A stretch of 15,729 nt of DNA, from contig JBEQAF010000050.1 of NCBI GenBank assembly GCA_041640455.1, positions 1-15,729 of the forward strand, in the 5' to 3' direction. The notes beneath the pieces are model-generated. The model was not told where the DNA came from. It worked only from the letters and a program-made list of their open reading frames with translations, and did no database searches. This document shows, one piece after another, positions 10,142-15,729 of this stretch (position 1 is its first letter; every line of letters starts with the position of its first letter). The stretch comes from a bacterium. GTDB lineage: Bacteria; CALINM01. The translations under genes and the position numbers were made by a program.

Positions 10142-10353
10142 AGGAGAGAATAAAAAAATTTGAAGATATTTCAACAGTAGAGTTTCTCCTTTTAAGAGAG
10201 CGACTTGGTATTAACAGGTATAGAAAACGGGTTGAGAGGGATGCTGAGGAAAAAGAGATCCTTCTGCATCTCGGATTAAAAAAAATAGAAGAGAAGGAAA
10301 GAGATGACTTCACACCTGTGGGGCATCGGAGAAGGCGGCTTAAGATACTTTAA
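10138..10353 (+). CDS. Small charged hypothetical protein (71 aa), translationally coupled to the NTase
   Basis: GTG start overlaps the NTase TGA (GTGA); Lys/Arg/Glu-rich; no recognised family. Confidence 0.5.
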   Translation: MKERIKKFEDISTVEFLLLRERLGINRYRKRVERDAEEKEILLHLGLKKIEEKERDDFTPVGHRRRRLKIL

Positions 10354-10367
10354 TATATTTTAAACAC

Positions 10368-10415
10368 ACTGTTTTTATATATAATCAAAGGCATGAATTA
10401 TGATATAAAAATAGT
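10368..10415. repeat. Long imperfect inverted repeat / hairpin
   Basis: ACTGTTTTTATATATAATCA-AAGGCA-TGAATTATGATATAAAAATAGT: 20 pairs (one G-T), two single-base bulges, 6-nt loop. Confidence 0.6.
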
Positions 10416-10492
10416 TGACTGTGCCTAATAGAAAATTTATTTATTAATAACCTTTTCAAGATTTCCTCCGTAATAATGTATTTCTTTTCCAT
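10385..10492 (-). pseudogene. 35-codon ORF with perfect SD; possible 5' remnant of a larger (transposase-like?) gene, or a small protein
   Basis: Minus strand AGGAGG-5nt-ATG; translates as MEKKYIITEEILKRLLINKFSIRHSQLFLYHNSCL*. Not in the supplied ORF track. Confidence 0.35.
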
Positions 10493-10542
10493 ATATACCT
10501 CCTACCTTTAGATGTAATGTATCTAAAAGCAGAAGAATACCA

Positions 10543-10598
10543 CATGTGACACTTTATTTTAGTAAAATCATGTGACATTTTAAAATTGTAACCACAAA
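10543..10598 (+). repeat. Degenerate copy C (10543-10568) in tandem with direct repeat copy B (10569-10598); transposon-end-like
   Basis: CATGTGACACTTTATTTTAGTAAAAT followed 26 bp later by CATGTGACATTTTAAAATTGTAACCACAAA. Copy C matches copy A at 19 of the first 23 positions. Confidence 0.85.
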
Positions 10599-10611
10599 AA
10601 CTTTAAAAAGC

Positions 10612-10640
10612 TTGAAAAAATTAATTTTATGTGCAAAAAT
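10612..10640 (+). promoter_or_regulatory. Putative promoter for tRNA-Ser/ffs/dnaX
   Basis: TTGAAA (10612-10617), 17 bp, then AAAAAT (10635-10640) preceded by TG; 13 nt before the tRNA. The -10 is non-consensus at its first position. Confidence 0.4.
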
Positions 10641-10653
10641 ATCTTTTCACATT

Positions 10654-10743
10654 GGAGAGGTGTCCGAGTGGCTGAAGGAGCACGATTGGAAATCGTGTGT
10701 GCCCCCTTAAAGGGTACCGAGGGTTCAAATCCCTCCCTCTCCG
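10654..10743 (+). tRNA. tRNA-Ser(GGA), long variable arm, CCA not encoded
   Basis: Acceptor stem GGAGAGG/CCTCTCC with G discriminator; anticodon stem CACGA/TCGTG with loop TTGGAAA (GGA at 10688-10690); variable arm GTGCCC/GGGTAC; T-arm GAGGG-TTCAAAT-CCCTC. Confidence 0.97.
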
Positions 10744-10754
10744 TTGTTTAGTTT

Positions 10755-10855
10755 AGTAGCCGGGACCTGCGCAACAAATGGCTGCAAACCCCGCCAGGTC
10801 CGGAAGGAAGCAACGGTAGTGGCCCTCTTTGTGTGCCGCAGTAATCCTGGCTACT
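10755..10855 (+). ncRNA. ffs: Small bacterial signal recognition particle RNA (4.5S)
   Basis: Conserved domain IV core CAGGTCCGGAAGGAAGCAAC with GGAA tetraloop; terminal stem AGTAGCCGGGA/TCCTGGCTACT; usual position upstream of dnaX. Confidence 0.95.
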
Positions 10856-10868
10856 TTAATAAAAAGTT

Positions 10869-12464
10869 ATGGACAAATATCAGGTTCTCTCAAGAAGATA
10901 TAGACCCCTCGTTTTTTCAGAAGTAATAGGTCAGGAAACCATAGTAAAGACCTTAAAAAATGCCCTTAAGACAAAAAAAATCCCCCATGCATTTCTTTTT
11001 TCTGGCATAAGAGGAACAGGGAAAACTACAACTGCAAGAATATTTGCCCGTGCTCTTAACTGCAGGGAAGGGATAGTTGAGAATCCCTGTAATGTCTGTG
11101 AAAACTGCATTCAGCAGTTAGAAGGCAGGACTCTTGATATTTTTGAGATTGACGGTGCATCCAATACATCTGTCAATGACGTGAGGATGCTTAAGGAGAA
11201 TACGAGATTTTTACCGTCTCAGTTAAGATATAAGGTTTATATTATTGATGAAGTGCATATGTTATCAAACGAAGCCTTCAATGCACTTCTTAAAACGCTC
11301 GAAGAGCCACCTACATATGTGATTTTTATATTAGCCACCACAGAACCTCAAAAAATTCCTGAAACCGTTTTATCAAGATGTATAAGGCTTAATTTTAAAA
11401 GAGTTGAGCCTGGAGAGATTTTTGCCTATCTGGCTAAGGTGCTGGAGAAAGAAAATATTAGCTATGATGATAGCGCTTTGCATATGATTTCGAGACAGGC
11501 TGATGGCAGCGTTAGAGATGCCTTAAGTATTCTTGAGTTAATTTTAGCCTATGGAAGCAACAGGGTGTCTGAGGAGGAGGTTGTTAATTTACTTGGGCTT
11601 TTGTCAAGGGATAGGATTTTGTCATTTATAAAGGCTCTTGGAGAAAAGGATATTAAGCTTATCTTTGAGCTGTCCAATCAGGTAAAGGAAGAAGGCGGTA
11701 ATTTTTTTGATTTTTCTGAAAATGTTCTTTTTTATCTGAGACATCTTGCCACCTACTGCTTTGGACTGGATTTCAGTGAAAAGGAGCTTTCCAAAGACGA
11801 GATAAGCTATCTTAAAGATCTGGTTAATATTTTTTCCAGAGAAGAGATACCTGTGTTCTATCAGGCATTTAAAAAGTTACTGGAGGCATTGAGATATTCT
11901 TCTCACCCCCAGTTTGATTTTGAGATGGAGATGATGAAAATTTGTGCTCTTACCCATTTTATCGAAACCGAGTCCCTCCTGCCTGTTAAAAAAAAAACAG
12001 CCTCTCCTGTAATTGACAAGAAAACTGTATCAGTTGAAAAAAAACAAGAAACACTCATAGATTTTCTTAAAAGAAAGAAGAGCGTTTTTGAAGATCCGTT
12101 AGGTAGGGCAGAGATTAAATGTGAAGATGACGTATGTGAGATAACTTTTTCCCATCGGGACAAAATTTATTATGAAATGCTTAACGAGGATCTGAATGAA
12201 AAAAATGAACTAATCTCTCTGCTTTCCGAATTCTATAAAAGAAAGATTGAACTGAAAATATTTATAGCCAATAGGTCAGACTCGGAAGATGTTAAAAATG
12301 ATGATTCAAAGTCTTATATTCTGAATGACCAGACTATAATGTTGATAATGAATGAGTTTCCAGGTGCAAAGATTTTAGGTATTAAAGAGATAGACACTAT
12401 AAAGGAAGATGACAGAAAAGAAGAAGAAATTGAAAATGATATAAAGGGGGATGAAGATGAGTAA
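10869..12464 (+). CDS. dnaX: DNA polymerase III subunit gamma/tau
   Basis: YQVLSRRYRP, Walker A GIRGTGKTT, zinc module C...PCNVCENC, EIDGASN, IIDEVHML, NALLKTLEEPP, SRC motif, GSVRDALS. Confidence 0.97.
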   Translation: MDKYQVLSRRYRPLVFSEVIGQETIVKTLKNALKTKKIPHAFLFSGIRGTGKTTTARIFARALNCREGIVENPCNVCENCIQQLEGRTLDIFEIDGASNTSVNDVRMLKENTRFLPSQLRYKVYIIDEVHMLSNEAFNALLKTLEEPPTYVIFILATTEPQKIPETVLSRCIRLNFKRVEPGEIFAYLAKVLEKENISYDDSALHMISRQADGSVRDALSILELILAYGSNRVSEEEVVNLLGLLSRDRILSFIKALGEKDIKLIFELSNQVKEEGGNFFDFSENVLFYLRHLATYCFGLDFSEKELSKDEISYLKDLVNIFSREEIPVFYQAFKKLLEALRYSSHPQFDFEMEMMKICALTHFIETESLLPVKKKTASPVIDKKTVSVEKKQETLIDFLKRKKSVFEDPLGRAEIKCEDDVCEITFSHRDKIYYEMLNEDLNEKNELISLLSEFYKRKIELKIFIANRSDSEDVKNDDSKSYILNDQTIMLIMNEFPGAKILGIKEIDTIKEDDRKEEEIENDIKGDEDE

Positions 12465-12777
12465 ACAGCTTGGCAATTTGCTGAAACAGGCTCAGATGTT
12501 ACAGAACAAGGTTATGAAACTTCAGGAAGAGCTTGAGCAGAGAGAGTATGAGGGGATAGCTGGCGGAGGACTGGTTAAGGCGGTGGTGAACGGAAAACTT
12601 ATGCTTCTTTCGCTTACCATTCAAAAAGAAGCCATAACACCTGATGATCCGGAGATGATGCAGGATGTGATTTTTGCGGCAATCAGATCTGCTCAGGAAA
12701 AGGCAGCAGAAACCATAAAAAGTGAGATGAGCAAGATAACTGGCGGTATGGGTTTAAATATACCAGGACTTTTCTAA
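12457..12777 (+). CDS. ybaB: YbaB/EbfC nucleoid-associated protein
   Basis: LKQAQ.LQ, G.AGGGLVK...NG, D.EMMQD.I.AA, TGGMGL.IPGLF; between dnaX and recR. ATG at 12457 is preferred over 12451 because the SD AAGGGGG abuts 12451. Confidence 0.93.
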   Translation: MSKQLGNLLKQAQMLQNKVMKLQEELEQREYEGIAGGGLVKAVVNGKLMLLSLTIQKEAITPDDPEMMQDVIFAAIRSAQEKAAETIKSEMSKITGGMGLNIPGLF

Positions 12778-13386
12778 ATGTCTCAGAAGATTCTGCCACC
12801 GTCTCTTTTAAGGCTTGTTGCAGAGCTTAAAAAGCTACCCAGTATTGGTGAGAAATCAGCCTTAAGAATAATACTTAGCTTAATTAGAAAGGACAAAACG
12901 GAGCTGCTCAATCTTAGCAATGCCTTTAAAGATGCTTATGATAATATCGGGTTATGCAAAAATTGTTTTAATTTAGCACAGACTGAATTATGTGAGATAT
13001 GTAAAGATGAAAAAAGAGATAAAAGTATTATCTGTGTTGTTGAGGACATAGGAGATCTTATATCTATTGAAAAAAGCGGTCAGTATAAGGGTTTGTATCA
13101 TGTTTTAGGCGGTCTTATCTCACCAGCCAAGGGGATTAAGTTTGAAAATCTTACAATTTTTCAGTTGAAAAACAGAGTTTTAAATAGTAGAATAGCTGAA
13201 ATAATTTTAGCGCTAAATCCGACATTAGAAGGCGAAACCACCTCGTTGTATATAAAAGACTATCTCAAAGAAGTCGGAATCAGGATAACTCGCATAGCCT
13301 ATGGTATTCCGATGGGCAGCGATATTGAGTATCTTGACGAAATTACAATGGCAGTTGCTCTTTTGGAAAGAAAGGCTATGGATTAA
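12778..13386 (+). CDS. recR: Recombination mediator RecR
   Basis: LPSIGEKSA HhH, C4 zinc finger CKNC...CEIC, ICVVE, YHVLGG, ALNPTLEGETT, TRIAYGIPMG. Confidence 0.97.
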   Translation: MSQKILPPSLLRLVAELKKLPSIGEKSALRIILSLIRKDKTELLNLSNAFKDAYDNIGLCKNCFNLAQTELCEICKDEKRDKSIICVVEDIGDLISIEKSGQYKGLYHVLGGLISPAKGIKFENLTIFQLKNRVLNSRIAEIILALNPTLEGETTSLYIKDYLKEVGIRITRIAYGIPMGSDIEYLDEITMAVALLERKAMD

Positions 13387-13422
13387 TAGCTGTAAAATAT
13401 TTTTTAATTTCAGGAGGTATTA

Positions 13423-13995
13423 ATGACCCAGTTTGAGATAAGATGGCATGGGCGTGGCGGTCAGGGAACGGTAACTGCCGCAAAAACACTTGGTGAGTCT
13501 ATGATTGAGACCCCCCTTTATTTTCAAGCTTTTCCAGAGTATGGTCCTGAAAGAATGGGAGCTCCTGTTAAAGCATACAATATTATAAGTACTAACAGGA
13601 TTTTTACCCACTGTCCGGTAGTAAATCCTAACGTTGTTGTAGTAGTTGATCCAAGCCTGATCTATTCGGAAAACTTTCTTGACGGTGCAACAGAGGATGC
13701 CGCTGTGATTTTAAACTCAGAAAAGGATCCCGGAACTATCAGGGAGGAGCTTAAAATTTCTGGCAGAAAGATATATACAGTTGATGCCAATAAGATATCT
13801 CTGGAAGCGCTGGGAAGAGTAATTCCAAATACACCTATGCTGGGAGCAGTGTTAAGAGTTACAGGTGTTCTCCCGCTTGATGTGTTTTTAAATCATGTTA
13901 AGCACACCTTTGCTCATAAGAAGTTTTCTGAAAAGGTTATTAATGGTAACCTTACGGCGATAAAAAGAGCTTTTGAGGAGGTTAAATCAGAATGA
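13423..13995 (+). CDS. porC: 2-oxoacid (probably pyruvate):ferredoxin oxidoreductase gamma subunit
   Basis: EIRWHGRGGQG.VTA, FPEYGPERMGAPV, PNTPMLGA; SD AGGAGG. Confidence 0.92.
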   Translation: MTQFEIRWHGRGGQGTVTAAKTLGESMIETPLYFQAFPEYGPERMGAPVKAYNIISTNRIFTHCPVVNPNVVVVVDPSLIYSENFLDGATEDAAVILNSEKDPGTIREELKISGRKIYTVDANKISLEALGRVIPNTPMLGAVLRVTGVLPLDVFLNHVKHTFAHKKFSEKVINGNLTAIKRAFEEVKSE

Positions 13996-14282
13996 GTGAG
14001 CTTAAAAACTGGAAAGAGATACCCATTGGCGGGTTAATAGATACACCCGGGAGTTCAGAGGAATATAAAACTGGCAGCTGGAGATCATTCAGACCAGTCT
14101 GGCATGCCGATAGATGTATCCAGTGCTACACATGCTGGACATTCTGTCCCGATAATTCCATAATTATTAAAGAAGGCAAGGTAGTGGGTATAAACTATGA
14201 ATACTGTAAGGGTTGCGGTATTTGTGCTCACGAATGTCCGAAAAAAGCTAATGCTATAGTAATGGAACCAGAAAGAAAATAA
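13992..14282 (+). CDS. porD: 2-oxoacid:ferredoxin oxidoreductase delta subunit (2x[4Fe-4S])
   Basis: TGSWRSFRP, CIQCYTCWTFCPD, YCKGCGICAHECP; ATGA overlap with the gamma gene. Confidence 0.93.
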   Translation: MSELKNWKEIPIGGLIDTPGSSEEYKTGSWRSFRPVWHADRCIQCYTCWTFCPDNSIIIKEGKVVGINYEYCKGCGICAHECPKKANAIVMEPERK

Positions 14283-14293
14283 GGAGGATTAAA

Positions 14294-15472
14294 GTGCAGA
14301 AATACGATGCGTTTACTGGCAATCTGGCTATTGCCACGGCGATGAAGCAGATAAATCCAGATGTATGTGCAGCCTATCCTATCACACCTTCCACAGAGAT
14401 TATGATGATTTTTGCTGATTTTGTGGCAAATGGTGATGTAGATACAGAGCTTGTAACGGCAGAAAGCGAACATAGCGCAATGAGCGCCTGTATCGGAGCG
14501 GCTCTTGCGGGTGGAAGGGTAATGACTGCCACCTCATCGGCAGGACTTGCTCTTATGTGGGAGATGTTGTATGTGGCTTCTGGTATGAGAGCGCCTATAG
14601 TGCTTGCAAATGTTAATAGAGCATTGTCAGCCCCCATCAATATACATTGTGATCATTCAGATGCCATGGGTGCAAGGGATGCTGGCTGGATTCAGATATT
14701 TTCTGAAAATGCTCAGGAAGCCTATGATAATATTATTCAGGCAGTCAGAATATCCGAGCATGAAGATGTCAGGCTACCTGTGGCTGTATGTATGGATGGG
14801 TTCATTATCAGTCACTCATATGAAAAGATGATCTATCTTGATGATAATGAAGTTAAAGATTTTGTAGGTGAGTATAAAAAGACCTATTCACTTCTTGATA
14901 TAGACAAACCTATTACTATGGGAGCCTTTGCTTTGCAAAATTATTATATGGAGTTTAAGAGACAGCAGAGAGAGGCAATGGAAAATGCAAGGAGGGTTAT
15001 ACTTGAGGTAGGAAAGGAGTTTGGAGCTAAATTTGGAAGAGCCTATGGATATTTTGAAGAGTATATGCTGGAGGATGCAGAGTTTGTATTTGTAGTAATG
15101 AGCTCTGCAGCAGGTACGGTTAAGCATGTGGTTAATAATCTTAGAAGCAAAGGTTTGAAAGCAGGTGTTTTGAAACCAAGAATTTTCAGACCATTTCCTT
15201 ATAAAGAGCTGGCAGAGGCTTTAAAAAGTGCAAAGGTCGTCTGTGTTTTAGACAGGGCAGATACATTTGGTGGGGAAGGTGGTCCGCTTTTTATTGAGAC
15301 AAAATCAGCTCTTTATAACCTTCCCGAAAAAAAAGAAGTAATCGGTCGGGTGTTTGGGCTTGGGCAGAGAGAGCTATTACCGGACCATATTAATCAGGTT
15401 TTTGCTGATATGGAGAGGATTGCTTCAGGTAAAGAGACTGAAAGATTTAAATACATAACAGTAAGAGAGTAA
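14294..15472 (+). CDS. porA: 2-oxoacid:ferredoxin oxidoreductase alpha subunit
   Basis: AAYPITPST, ESEHSAMSAC, TATSSAGL, NRALSAPINIHCDHSD, DGFIISH, FRPFP; GTG start after AGGAGG. Confidence 0.93.
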   Translation: MQKYDAFTGNLAIATAMKQINPDVCAAYPITPSTEIMMIFADFVANGDVDTELVTAESEHSAMSACIGAALAGGRVMTATSSAGLALMWEMLYVASGMRAPIVLANVNRALSAPINIHCDHSDAMGARDAGWIQIFSENAQEAYDNIIQAVRISEHEDVRLPVAVCMDGFIISHSYEKMIYLDDNEVKDFVGEYKKTYSLLDIDKPITMGAFALQNYYMEFKRQQREAMENARRVILEVGKEFGAKFGRAYGYFEEYMLEDAEFVFVVMSSAAGTVKHVVNNLRSKGLKAGVLKPRIFRPFPYKELAEALKSAKVVCVLDRADTFGGEGGPLFIETKSALYNLPEKKEVIGRVFGLGQRELLPDHINQVFADMERIASGKETERFKYITVRE

Positions 15473-15482
15473 GGGGTGATAT

Positions 15483-15729
15483 ATGAGTGAGTTTAAAATA
15501 AATTTTAAAGAGTTAGCAGGAAAATATGAGAAAAAGTCAGAAAATTTTGCAAGAGGTCATAGGCTCTGTGCTGGTTGCGGAGCGCCCATTGCTATAAGGC
15601 ACATGTTTATGGCAGTTGATCCCTATCCTGTAGTTATATCCAATGCAACAGGGTGTGTAGAGGTTTCTACCACCATATATCCCTTTTCGAGCTGGAAAAC
15701 AGGCTATATTCACTCTGCCTTTGAGAATG
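15483..15729 (+). CDS. porB: 2-oxoacid:ferredoxin oxidoreductase beta subunit (TPP-binding); 3'-partial
   Basis: Manual translation MSEFKINFKELAG...GHRLCAGCG...NATGCVEVSTTIYPFSSW...IHSAFEN, open to the window end; SD AGGGGTGA. Not in the supplied track. Confidence 0.93.
   Translation, partial: MSEFKINFKELAGKYEKKSENFARGHRLCAGCGAPIAIRHMFMAVDPYPVVISNATGCVEVSTTIYPFSSWKTGYIHSAFEN

Noticed and set aside
10360..10490. Canonical integron attC or Xer dif site
   Set aside because: RYYYAAC/GTTRRRY boxes are not correctly formed or placed, and the TAATGTAT/TTATG fragments do not build an 11-6-11 dif site.
9430..10598. CRISPR array from the 30-bp repeats
   Set aside because: Only two good copies 1.1 kb apart plus one abutting degenerate copy; no regular spacers and no cas genes.
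9320..10743. tRNA-integrated island with attL/attR
   Set aside because: The islet lies 5' of the tRNA, I found no duplicated tRNA fragment, and there is no integrase.
10744..10926. 60-aa ORF between tRNA and dnaX
   Set aside because: It overlaps the SRP RNA and the dnaX start; spurious.
10973..12044. A8 runs in dnaX (10973-10980, 12037-12044) as recoding sites
   Set aside because: A8 runs also occur elsewhere in this AT-rich window. The first would truncate the ATPase domain, and the second lies downstream of the better A10 candidate.

Overview
AT-rich bacterial window, probably from an anaerobe, in four blocks. (1) 1-7543 (+): a methylmalonyl-CoA operon encoding a 5'-truncated pyruvate/oxaloacetate carboxyltransferase fused to a biotin carrier, an acyl-CoA carboxyltransferase, a split B12-dependent methylmalonyl-CoA mutase, the epimerase, and EtfB plus a ferredoxin-fused EtfA. 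(2) 7540-9318 (-): a convergent three-gene signalling unit (DUF2889-like Cys/His protein, stand-alone V4R protein, sensor-less histidine kinase). (3) ~9320-10650: an AT-rich accessory islet with a nucleotidyltransferase and a coupled small basic ORF. It is bracketed by a 29/30-identical direct repeat that resembles a transposon end, each copy lying 15 bp upstream of a TTGAAA -35 box. The islet also holds a short minus-strand ORF and a long hairpin. (4) 10654-15729 (+): tRNA-Ser(GGA), SRP RNA, dnaX, ybaB and recR, then a four-subunit 2-oxoacid:ferredoxin oxidoreductase operon (gamma, delta, alpha, partial beta). dnaX has an A10 run followed by stops in both shifted frames, a candidate tau/gamma recoding site. 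All family calls come from motif recognition, not database searches.
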